This document shows positions 19,004 to 27,934 of a stretch of 64,000 bases of DNA, piece by piece (position 1 is the first letter of the stretch; each line of letters opens with the position of its first letter). The stretch covers positions 72,135 through 136,134 of the IMG/VR virus record IMGVR_UViG_2839026242_000001; one strand, given 5' to 3'. The stretch comes from a virus (Duplodnaviria; Caudoviricetes). Below the pieces are notes generated by a model, which worked only from the letters and a program-made list of their open reading frames with translations, had not been told where the DNA came from and searched no databases. The translations under genes and the position numbers were made by a program.

Positions 19004-19079
19004 TGGTGGATCTGACAGGGTATGATCCTGCAACCTCGCTGTTATGAGCAGCTTGCTCTGCCAATTGAGCTACAGATCC
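19004..19079 (-). tRNA. tRNA with CAU anticodon, probably Ile2 (alternatively Met); atypical T-loop
   Basis: GGATCTG/CAGATCC acceptor stem, loop CTCATAA, T-loop ATCATAC, encoded CCA. Confidence 0.8.
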
Positions 19080-19466
19080 AAGATAGGAGCCAGTATGTAC
19101 TGGTTGTTACTCTTCTTCTTGACGCAATCCAGCCTCTTCAATGCTACATTGCCATTTTTCATTGTAGAAATAATTCAACCGTTTACACCTGCAATACCAA
19201 ACATGGGCAAATCGGTTTCAGGATCATTGTAGCGATCATCTCTTATAATTTGCATTGTTTTAGACGATTCAATGATTATACGATCCTTTTTGCTGAGATT
19301 CATTGTCCTCATCTCCTATAAATATGTATTTAACTTTGCCATTCTTGATAATATTGCTCTATGCTGTCAGAAAACTGATACTTATACTCCCTTAATTCGC
19401 GCCATGTTAGTTCATTGTTTACCCATTTTTCGAGAAGTGCAATAAACCTACGAATTTCTACTTTGT

Positions 19467-19979
19467 TCATTGACAGATCACCTCCCTTTGCTTATCTAGA
19501 ATAATACTGATTAATTGCTCTAAATCTGTCTCGAAAATATCTGTATTTGAAAAGTGATTACATGTAGGGAATACCGTTATTTTGTTACCTTTTACCCTGA
19601 AACTAAAGATTGTTACTCCATTCAGTTGCACGTGGTTATAATTTTTAATTACTTTATTTTTGACTACCTTTGCGCTAGTGTCGTATTCAATTTGTTCAAT
19701 TACATCATCAGTTGTCATTTCAATTTCATTTTCAATCGTAAAGGATTTACCTTCAAAATAATCTTCAATTGGCATTTCAATTTCAAACTTCTCACCTGCA
19801 ATGAATCCAACCAATGTAACTTTGTCTTCCGTAACAATTTCTTCGCAATTTTCTGCATAAATGAAGTTTGTTGTTGCCCAATCGCTGAACATTTGAAAAT
19901 CATCTTCTTTTACAATCTGGCTTGTTACTGGATGCATGATCATTCTCCCAATGTATTCGATAGTCGCAGCATTTTGCAT
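19467..19979 (-). CDS. Hypothetical protein
   Basis: ORF track, RBS. Confidence 0.7.
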   Translation of the reverse strand: MQNAATIEYIGRMIMHPVTSQIVKEDDFQMFSDWATTNFIYAENCEEIVTEDKVTLVGFIAGEKFEIEMPIEDYFEGKSFTIENEIEMTTDDVIEQIEYDTSAKVVKNKVIKNYNHVQLNGVTIFSFRVKGNKITVFPTCNHFSNTDIFETDLEQLISIILDKQREVICQ

Positions 19980-20140
19980 ATGTATTACCTCTCCTTCATT
20001 TATTTTATATTCTTATTGTACTATTCTACGACCTTTTAAGCAATATGTTTTTTATTAATTTTATATTATAAAAGCCACCTTTTTCGGTGACTTTTGAATC
20101 AAACCAGACTTTGATTACCTTCTTTAGTTGTTACGTAAAA

Positions 20141-20716
20141 TCACGGGCTTTCTACCGATTTCAGAATAATACTTCGGCCATTGCAAGTTGGGCATAACCA
20201 GATTGGAATTCCCTTTTCTAATTTATAACTGTTTCCTTTGCAATCTGGACACGTATCCCTAACTGCAACCTTAAAATCGTGTTTTCTACCTTTGCGATCT
20301 CTAAAAGATAGCTTTTTACCTTTCAAAGCCTCCCTGATCTTCTCCTCTGTCACATGTGTATATCCAAGTAGTTTATCACGTTCCCACAAATCAGTTCGCC
20401 CCTCGATATATCTAAACGCTTCACACGTTATTATAGAGCAACCATTCACCTTGTCGTATTTCAAATTGCAATCCTCTGATCGACTACATACATAATCGCA
20501 AAGTTTACCCATAACCTCCCATTCACGACCACCAGAAAGCTTTTCCCTGTCTACTTTAAAAACCCCGCGACAGGATTTCGGCACTTTTTTGAAGGGGAAC
20601 GCTTTCAAATTCCCCATGTTCGGTTTTGCAGTACATTCGTACCATGTGCCGTAACAAGTTCCATATTCTCCATACTCTGATTCTTCATGATAATTTGCGC
20701 AATTTTCACATCCCAT
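20141..20716 (-). CDS. Cys-rich hypothetical protein
   Basis: Multiple CxxC motifs. Confidence 0.65.
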   Translation of the reverse strand: MGCENCANYHEESEYGEYGTCYGTWYECTAKPNMGNLKAFPFKKVPKSCRGVFKVDREKLSGGREWEVMGKLCDYVCSRSEDCNLKYDKVNGCSIITCEAFRYIEGRTDLWERDKLLGYTHVTEEKIREALKGKKLSFRDRKGRKHDFKVAVRDTCPDCKGNSYKLEKGIPIWLCPTCNGRSIILKSVESP

Positions 20717-20891
20717 AATTTTAACACCTCACTTTACCCAACTATTGTCTCAAATCCCCTTTATGTAGGTATCAAACTCAGGCTTTGTCATGCCTGTTAT
20801 CTGCTTATATGCATCATCAAGCGTAACGGTATCCGATTCAAAACTGACTTGTTTATAATCAACCATATTCTTTACCTCACATTAATAACAT

Positions 20892-21119
20892 TTAATAAAC
20901 ATCCACATTAACCACTTCAACCTCGTCAAGTTGTTTCAAACCTTCTATGTAGTTACGCGCCTGTTCTCTGGTATTGAAATCTGTTTTTGTTAGCATACAA
21001 TCATCTTCCCATTTATTCTCTTCGCTGTCCCAATATTGAACAATAACTCTGGGCTGTGTGTTATCTGCAAAATAGTTAATTCTGATTTTCGTTTTCTCCA
21101 TTTGGATTCCTCCAATCAT
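20892..21119 (-). CDS. Hypothetical protein
   Basis: ORF track; likely start at MEKTK. Confidence 0.65.
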   Translation of the reverse strand: MIGGIQMEKTKIRINYFADNTQPRVIVQYWDSEENKWEDDCMLTKTDFNTREQARNYIEGLKQLDEVEVVNVDVY

Positions 21120-21359
21120 ATAACGCCCTGCTGTCTTAGTTTAATTAAATTTTACTTTTATTTAATTAGTTCTTCACCATCTTCTGTTACCTTATACAGT
21201 CTTACGTTGAAAACTTCACTATCATTTTTCCACTGATTGTATTTAGATTCTGCCTTGCTGTAATCGAATATTGGATCAGTAGCCAATGGTGCAATATCCA
21301 TATCTGCTACAACTATGTAATACATTTAACAACCCTCCATTTTCAATACAATTCCACTT

Positions 21360-21635
21360 TTATTGTATTTTCGATATGACAAATTCAGTTATTTTGTTTA
21401 AGTCTCTTGAATTAAAATTCTCCATCTCAATTATTTCACCGTTCACCTTTTTATAAATACATGTAGTGCGTTTGCCAACTGTAGCAAACCAGTCTAAATT
21501 TCTGAAACGCGCCCTACCTCCGATAACTGCAATTCTCCCCTGTTCTTTTGCAGTTTCTACTCCATGTAAAGCTAACTTTGTTTGACCGTCTTCAACAAAA
21601 CCATTTTCTAAGAGGAATTGGATTACTTTATCCAT
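21360..21635 (-). CDS. Hypothetical protein
   Basis: ORF track; palindrome boundaries. Confidence 0.7.
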   Translation of the reverse strand: MDKVIQFLLENGFVEDGQTKLALHGVETAKEQGRIAVIGGRARFRNLDWFATVGKRTTCIYKKVNGEIIEMENFNSRDLNKITEFVISKIQ

Positions 21636-21673
21636 TTCATTTCCCCCTGATAAAATTTCAATTTATTTGGTTT

Positions 21674-22093
21674 CTAAAAATAAGTTTCAACTTTTGAAGA
21701 TATGATTGTTTTCAGTCTTCTTACATTCTTGCTGTTGTGACCCATTACAAGGTCATAGAACGCATTCGCAAATAACTCTTCTTGATCTGTTTCGTTATAT
21801 TCTGTGACCAATCCAACATTGCTATTATCGAATAATACGTGATGCAAGAAATGACCAAACTCATGCAAGAAAATTTCTTCTATTTCTTCTTCTGAAAGTG
21901 AACTATCTAAGTAAATAGTTCTGTTATTTGGTAAGTAGCCACCCAATACCCAATCATCATCTTGCTTGAGAAGATTTGCTGGAATAAACTCAACTTTAGG
22001 CAAGAATGGGAGTTGATTAATGTTCAAAATGTCGGTATTAATGATTTCAAGATTATCTGCAATCAACTTCTTTTTATTCTTCATGATAGCCAC
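21674..22093 (-). CDS. ImmA/IrrE-like zinc metallopeptidase
   Basis: FLHEFGH (HExxH) and downstream EELFANAF. Confidence 0.7.
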   Translation of the reverse strand: MAIMKNKKKLIADNLEIINTDILNINQLPFLPKVEFIPANLLKQDDDWVLGGYLPNNRTIYLDSSLSEEEIEEIFLHEFGHFLHHVLFDNSNVGLVTEYNETDQEELFANAFYDLVMGHNSKNVRRLKTIISSKVETYF

Positions 22094-22150
22094 TCCTCAG
22101 CCTAATTTTATCATTTGAGTTATTCCAATCAAATCCACTTTTATTGAGAT

Positions 22151-22366
22151 TTATTGATTGGATGGCTCTTCTGTATCAACAATGTTATACGTCTTTATAA
22201 TTTTATGATTCTCAAAAGGCATTGTTATTTTAACTTCCCATCCATTCTTAGCATTTTTCTCAGCATATTTCATTGCACCCTTAAGCGTGTTATAATGTCC
22301 AAAAAATTGATGAGAGAAAGCAGTGTTTGCATTGCGAATTGTTACATGTACCATGTATTTTTTCAC
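22151..22366 (-). CDS. Hypothetical protein
   Basis: ORF track. Confidence 0.6.
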   Translation of the reverse strand: MKKYMVHVTIRNANTAFSHQFFGHYNTLKGAMKYAEKNAKNGWEVKITMPFENHKIIKTYNIVDTEEPSNQ

Positions 22367-22560
22367 AATACCACCCCTTATCTATAAGATAGATTCCCAT
22401 GAAATCTCAATTTGAATTGGTTTTGTTCTTTGGAGCACCATTTCTACAATTTACACAAACATAGCCATAAAATGCTTTTTTCCATCCATTCGGTAGAGTC
22501 ACTTCATCCTTAACTGAATGACAAACTGAGCATTTATATTCCATATCTATCTCTTCCTTA

Positions 22561-22767
22561 TTAATGTATTTTTACTTTACCACCAGCAATATGTAAGACA
22601 AATAATGCTTTATTACTTCTGTTCATTTCAATTCCTTCGATCTGCACTGTGTCCATGAGAAATTTTCCATCTTCCCCTGCTTTTGCCATACCTCTTTTGG
22701 ATACTCCGAGCCAATCAACAGTAAACTCAATCATGATTTCCCCTCCTTTTTTCTTTAAAAGGATCAA
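22561..22767 (-). CDS. Hypothetical protein
   Basis: ORF track; likely start at MIEFTV. Confidence 0.6.
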   Translation of the reverse strand: MILLKKKGGEIMIEFTVDWLGVSKRGMAKAGEDGKFLMDTVQIEGIEMNRSNKALFVLHIAGGKVKIH

Positions 22768-22771
22768 TTTA

Positions 22772-22999
22772 TTAGGATACTTGAATTAATTCATAGTTTC
22801 TATGCAGCCAATCAATCACATCATCTTCAGTTACATACTTGTTTTCAGTTCTATTGTTACCGATTTTCCATTGAATCGTTAGGTATAAACAGTCATTTTT
22901 GTTCTCTACCATAATTTCATTTACTCCAGCATCCAGTTTGAAAACCTCATATTTGTTTAATAATTCTTTTGCCATTTCTCTTGTCACTTTCATTTTCAT
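22772..22999 (-). CDS. Hypothetical protein
   Basis: ORF track. Confidence 0.65.
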   Translation of the reverse strand: MKMKVTREMAKELLNKYEVFKLDAGVNEIMVENKNDCLYLTIQWKIGNNRTENKYVTEDDVIDWLHRNYELIQVS

Positions 23000-23245
23000 T
23001 GCTTCCTCAATTTTGAATAAAAATATAGATTAATTCAGCTTTTTCTGCTATTAATTAGCGATGCTCCTTAGCTGTTATGACTATTTGATATATTTATTAT
23101 ACACCAAAGCTCTTAGATACTCAACCGAATCTTTTTATATTTTTATTTTATTTTCAAATAAAACACGCAGCAATAATAGCTATAAAAAGCAAAACTGGCA
23201 TAATGACTTCACCGAGAACATAATCTACTTTATCTTGACTCATTT

Positions 23246-23581
23246 TTAGCCCCTCTTATTTAGTGCTGTTTCTGTTCTTACACCTTCTGTTCTCTCTATA
23301 CCTATCAATCCATCAACCGTGTTATCAGGATCAAAATAAGCAATCACTATATCACCAACTGCTATCTCTTTATTGGTTATGTCTGAGAAAATGTTTTCTT
23401 CAACAAAGTATATGTTGCTGCTGTCAGATACACCACTTCCCCAATATTGTCCATTTTCGACTTTGGTGATTTTGTAGATAAATACTGCGTAATTACCACA
23501 TGCAGATGCAAAAGATGATGTACAAAATACAATTCCCACCACTAGTAGCATCGTTGTCAAGTATTTGAAAATAGTACTCAT
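23246..23581 (-). CDS. Secreted hypothetical protein
   Basis: Signal peptide ending in ASA. Confidence 0.65.
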   Translation of the reverse strand: MSTIFKYLTTMLLVVGIVFCTSSFASACGNYAVFIYKITKVENGQYWGSGVSDSSNIYFVEENIFSDITNKEIAVGDIVIAYFDPDNTVDGLIGIERTEGVRTETALNKRG

Positions 23582-23848
23582 TTATACACGCCACCTTTTA
23601 TTTAATTTAATTTATTTAATCCTCAATCATTTCCCCTGTTTTCGGGTTGTATAGATTGATCCAGCCCTTCTCCTTGTGTTCGTATATCTCTAGTCCGTCT
23701 CCTGTCTTGCCGTTATATGTCCACTGGTCTTTCCCTAGAATACCTCTCCTGTGTGCTATTCCAGTCATTTGAAACCCTCCCTGTTATTTTGGGTTATCCT
23801 GCCCTATCCTGATAAATCAAGACAAGGCTGGATGATTATTTTTACTTG

Positions 23849-24958
23849 CTATTTAAAAATATTAGTATTTTCCATAGTATTTATTCTTAGTTCTCGTAAT
23901 AAAACATCTTCAATAGTGTCATATTCCCAATAAGGTATTCGAATTAACTTCACATTGTTCTCTTTACAATAATTGTTTTTAATTTTATCCCTTTTTTGTG
24001 TTTCTTTTAGTAATTTTTTAGCCTCCTCTTTTGTTATTCCACCAAAAGTAGTTGGTTTATAGTGTTGTACCCCATCATATTCAATAAAAATCAGTTCATT
24101 ATTATAATAAATTACAAAATCAAATATTAGCGGTAATGTATCTCTGCAATCTTCAATCCTAATTTGTGGTATGTAAAAAATATTATGCTTTTTCAAAACT
24201 TCTACTACTTTCTTTTCACCTTTTGAACTTTTACACACTGGACAGCCTTGACCTAGCATAGTTCTATGGGCAATTGAAGTGTGCCATTCATAATCACATT
24301 CTTTACACTTCCACCATACATACTTCCCGCTTTTAGATGTATACTCAAAAGGACTTTCTTTATTTTTTACATAGTTCCACTCAGTCAATAGTTCAGGATG
24401 TAATATTGCAAAGCAATTATTCTCATATACTCGTTGCCCTGCACAATAAGGACAACCATTGTTGTTTGATGTTCTGTCGTTAATTCTAGCATTCCACTCA
24501 TGACCACAAGAGCCAATCCACGATGCGACTATTGATCCACTTGCATATACTTCATCTGGTGATTTACTGTTTTTGACTGGATGCCACTCTTTTGCTATCT
24601 CTGGGAATTTTTCTAACAAACTTTTCCCCTTTGGAACTTTTTTACTTTTACTCTCAACAATTTTTATAGACTTACATTCATCACAACAATCTTTTCCAGT
24701 TTCCCCTCTTTTTCTAATGACATTTTGGTATGTTTGGGGATTTTTTAATATCTTATTGCAATAATCACATATTTTATGTACTAAAATATGACTATTCTTT
24801 GGCAAATGATCCACATTTACATATATTTTTGCTCCCCTTCTATATCTACTTTCTCCCTGTTTATCGATATATTTAGGTATTATGTAATTTAACTTTTCAT
24901 AATATGCTATATTATTTGGTGTTATAGTAACCTCAACTATTTTTTCTAATATTGCCAT
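23849..24958 (-). CDS. Zinc-ribbon-repeat protein with C-terminal PD-(D/E)xK/Vsr-like endonuclease (homing-endonuclease-like)
   Basis: CGHEW...GCPYC repeats; SKGE...FDF...IEYDGVQHY...RDKIKNNYC...LIRIPYW. Confidence 0.8.
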   Translation of the reverse strand: MAILEKIVEVTITPNNIAYYEKLNYIIPKYIDKQGESRYRRGAKIYVNVDHLPKNSHILVHKICDYCNKILKNPQTYQNVIRKRGETGKDCCDECKSIKIVESKSKKVPKGKSLLEKFPEIAKEWHPVKNSKSPDEVYASGSIVASWIGSCGHEWNARINDRTSNNNGCPYCAGQRVYENNCFAILHPELLTEWNYVKNKESPFEYTSKSGKYVWWKCKECDYEWHTSIAHRTMLGQGCPVCKSSKGEKKVVEVLKKHNIFYIPQIRIEDCRDTLPLIFDFVIYYNNELIFIEYDGVQHYKPTTFGGITKEEAKKLLKETQKRDKIKNNYCKENNVKLIRIPYWEYDTIEDVLLRELRINTMENTNIFK

Positions 24959-24979
24959 ACTTTCTCCCCTCCCTCATAC

Positions 24980-27433
24980 TTATATCAATATTTTATCTTG
25001 CTCTTCCTCCTTACAGATCATAAATGCAACCATTTTCTTAGCATCGTCTAGGCGGTCTGAAGTCTTCATGCTGTGAACCTCTTGACCATTTTTGAAGATA
25101 CGGAAACAGCCGAATGATTTCGCAATCATGTATTCGCCATGAATGTATGCTCTGACTATTTCAGTATATCGTCCTACATTGATTTCCCGTTTCTCGGTCT
25201 GGAATGTGAGGCTGTTCTCGGTCTTGTTCAATTCCTGTTCAATGAATTGCTTCACTTGTTGTTCTTTGTCTCGTTTAATTTGCCATCTAAAATTACGCAT
25301 TTTCTTCTTGAACTCTTCGGATAGTTTGACAGCCTCCCCTAGATACTTGTCATATCTATCCTGCATTTTGTTATAGCGGCTGACGTTCAATCCCCCTCTA
25401 CCCGTAACCGCCCATGATGGATTTGATGCACGATGATTTAATATTTTTAGATACTGTTCATAATAACGCTTTTTAAAAGATTGTAGATATTTTTTGATGT
25501 AGTAAGTCATTCTAGGATCATCCGTTAACGCTAGTACTTCCAATGCTTCGTTCTGGAATTGCTGGAAGGTTACTGCACAATCCTTTTTATAATCAACTTC
25601 AAATAGCGAGGAAGAATGAACCATTCTTTGCAATTCATCGGAAACAGTGTATTTCTCTAGGTCATTAATATTTATCTCAGGATAAGAATAAGTTTGTTGT
25701 TCTTGTGCTGAATCTGTTATAGTGTCGCTGTTATTGAGCATTTGACCGGATAATGACTGTGCAAAGGCAAGCGCTTTTTCTGATTGTTTAGTGAACCAAA
25801 TTTTTTTAAACTTTGACCAGCGGAAACCGTTTGTTTTTAGTTGTTCGATGACTTCTTGCGATGGTTTTTCAGTGAAAGCAATCTCGATACCCTGCAATTG
25901 TTGATTGAGTGTAACTGTTATAGCGTTATCTGGTACTTGTTCCGTTTGCTGTTCTTGGTTCTCTTCATGTTCCATTGCCTCATGCTGTTCTGGTTGCTGT
26001 TCTGCTTCCAAAGGTGTAATTATATTCAAAATATCTACCTTTCTCCAGAGCATGTGTTTTAATTCACTGCCCGTAACTTCAATTTCATAAATACCAGCAG
26101 AACCGCCATCAGCAGGGAAGCAAGATACAACTTGATATAATTTATTATCATCAATCAATGATTCGTAGTTATCAGGCAGCGTTTGAGCGTATTTCATAGC
26201 CTGTTCTTGCAATTGCAAATGGTACTGTTTCAATAGTTCTTGTTCTTGCTTGGTAGCCTTATCATAAACAAATCTTTTCTCTAGTTCAGTGGCCTGTTCA
26301 TTAGTTAACACAATAAGCCCGTTGTCATCTATAGTGCCTGTTATTTCGGCTTGCTGTTCTTGTTCTACTTGTACTTGCGTAGGATGTTCTGTTCTCACTT
26401 CTTCAATTTTGACAGGTTCTTCACTAAGCACGTACCTAGTGAGGAAATCTCTGCCATGTTCATTTTGTTCATCTGTTCCCTGTTCGATCATGTAGCTGAT
26501 GTGTCTCATTACATGCCTTTCTAAGTCATAGCCACTAGTATGTTTGTATTGCAGGTCAATTCTACCTGTATAGGTGCTTCCATCTGTAAAGGTTATTACA
26601 AATTGCGTTTTGTCATATGAACCATCAGAAGGCGCTGACCATGCCATTTCCTGAATGACTTTGTTGGCTTCTACAATTGTGGAGACTGCGACCGTCTTAC
26701 AATCCCATTTATAACCCTCTAAACGTGTCACCTGCACAGATTGGATGTGATGCTTTTTCACTGGCTCTTCTTGCGTTTCTACTTGGTTGTCTGTTTGTTC
26801 TTCTTGTTCTGTAGCCTGTTCGACTGTTGACTGTTCTGTTTCTTGTTGTTGATTCATTTTTTTTCGTGTCTGCTGTACTTGTTCAACAATGACGATATAT
26901 CCTTCCGCAAGCAATCTTTCTACAGTCTTAGTGGAAAAACTGATGATATTAAATGCTCCAGAGTTACCGCTCAATATCTGTCCTTTTTTGCCGATACGCT
27001 TCCAAACATATTTATTAGCGTTTTGACCTTCACAAGCGGAAATAGTGTAAATAACTCCTATTGGGATTGCGTAAATACTGTTAAATGTCTGAATAGGTTT
27101 TACTACTTGGATATAATCACCTTTTTGCAGTTCTTTCCGGTCTGTCTCCTGATATGTATAGACTGTTTCGTTATCTTTACTTTCTTTAAGTGTCTTGTTA
27201 ACTTCAGAGATAGCGGAAGTCAATTCCTCCTTGGAAATGATTGTGCCGTATTTATCCATATGGGAGAATTTAAAGATGTTCAGGCCGTTTTTTGCTCGTG
27301 TGCCATCTTTCTTAAGTTTATAGACGAATGCGGTATCATTTTCAATCCAAATGCGGTCAATTTCAAACACCCCATTTTCCTTTTTAACTGGACATCCTTT
27401 CATTTTTACAATTGTGTCTGTTTGATATTTCAT
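24980..27433 (-). CDS. Large multidomain (polyvalent-type) phage protein
   Basis: Globular domains separated by Q/E-rich linkers; LKTNGFRWS...W and YDKT.F motifs. Start from AAGGAGG RBS. Confidence 0.7.
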   Translation of the reverse strand: MKYQTDTIVKMKGCPVKKENGVFEIDRIWIENDTAFVYKLKKDGTRAKNGLNIFKFSHMDKYGTIISKEELTSAISEVNKTLKESKDNETVYTYQETDRKELQKGDYIQVVKPIQTFNSIYAIPIGVIYTISACEGQNANKYVWKRIGKKGQILSGNSGAFNIISFSTKTVERLLAEGYIVIVEQVQQTRKKMNQQQETEQSTVEQATEQEEQTDNQVETQEEPVKKHHIQSVQVTRLEGYKWDCKTVAVSTIVEANKVIQEMAWSAPSDGSYDKTQFVITFTDGSTYTGRIDLQYKHTSGYDLERHVMRHISYMIEQGTDEQNEHGRDFLTRYVLSEEPVKIEEVRTEHPTQVQVEQEQQAEITGTIDDNGLIVLTNEQATELEKRFVYDKATKQEQELLKQYHLQLQEQAMKYAQTLPDNYESLIDDNKLYQVVSCFPADGGSAGIYEIEVTGSELKHMLWRKVDILNIITPLEAEQQPEQHEAMEHEENQEQQTEQVPDNAITVTLNQQLQGIEIAFTEKPSQEVIEQLKTNGFRWSKFKKIWFTKQSEKALAFAQSLSGQMLNNSDTITDSAQEQQTYSYPEININDLEKYTVSDELQRMVHSSSLFEVDYKKDCAVTFQQFQNEALEVLALTDDPRMTYYIKKYLQSFKKRYYEQYLKILNHRASNPSWAVTGRGGLNVSRYNKMQDRYDKYLGEAVKLSEEFKKKMRNFRWQIKRDKEQQVKQFIEQELNKTENSLTFQTEKREINVGRYTEIVRAYIHGEYMIAKSFGCFRIFKNGQEVHSMKTSDRLDDAKKMVAFMICKEEEQDKILI

Positions 27434-27539
27434 ATGCGACAACCTCCTTTTATACTTACCACCTGAGAAGGTATTCACCTTCTCAACGCTCAGAGCTTAA
27501 GGCGCTGTTTATACTGGCTCTGTCCAGTTGCTTTGTTCT

Positions 27540-27725
27540 TTACTTTTTCAGGAAACTTGAATAGTTTTTCTTATGCTTTTTCTCTCGGCGCAACTTAACG
27601 TTTATAGCTCTTTTGGCTTTCTTAAGTGTTGGAATGAATTTTCCGTTTGTGTCTTCCACTATGTAGCCACCTGGGTAATACCAGATGAAATATCCTTTGT
27701 AGAACCAGCTATCGAGACATTTCAT
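27540..27725 (-). CDS. Small hypothetical protein, paralog of 35068-35211
   Basis: Shared MKCL.SW.YK.YFIW.YP.GY.VEDTNG motif. Confidence 0.75.
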   Translation of the reverse strand: MKCLDSWFYKGYFIWYYPGGYIVEDTNGKFIPTLKKAKRAINVKLRREKKHKKNYSSFLKK

Positions 27726-27823
27726 ATTGTATTTCTCCTAATATTTTTATTTATTTTTGGGTGATTAAAAAATCTTCTCTGACCGATCTACTCCTTTGCG
27801 CTATACATTCTTTAACTATCTTT

Positions 27824-27852
27824 ATTATATCAATTATCAAATCTCTGGTCAA
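27824..27852 (-). promoter_or_regulatory. Sigma-A promoter
   Basis: TTGACC-N17-TATAAT with an A-rich UP tract. Confidence 0.75.
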
Positions 27853-27934
27853 TATTTTTAATTTTTATTTTATACTCATCTAAGAGTTTACAAAGAAGCA
27901 CATAAACTCTTAGATGAGTTATACACTATTTAAA

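Larger units (their letters stand above)
2005..23034. repeat. Dispersed gene-junction palindrome ATNAAA-N5-7-TTTNAT (about 30 copies)
   Basis: Copies start at 2005, 2180, 2401, 2665, 3060, 6742, 7014, 7540, 7991, 8019, 8485, 8756, 9026, 9232, 9415, 9635, 10105, 10502, 10761, 11725, 12110, 12497, 12721, 13035, 13321, 13584, 15730, 16291, 18203, 20098, 21144, 21346, 21650, 22128, 22399, 22520, 22755, 23017. Some are degenerate. Confidence 0.85.

Noticed and set aside
19022-19321. Plus-strand ORFs overlapping the tRNAs
   Set aside because: They overlap a clear minus-strand tRNA and lack translation signals.
2005-23034. CRISPR array or classical attC sites as the explanation of the junction repeats
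   Set aside because: The repeats are only about 18 bp and degenerate, and are separated by whole genes. There are no cas genes and no RYYYAAC/GTTRRRY long hairpins.
2005-23034. Junction palindromes as intrinsic terminators
   Set aside because: The 5-6 bp all-AT stems are too weak and lack a consistent U-tract. True terminators in the window have GC-containing stems.
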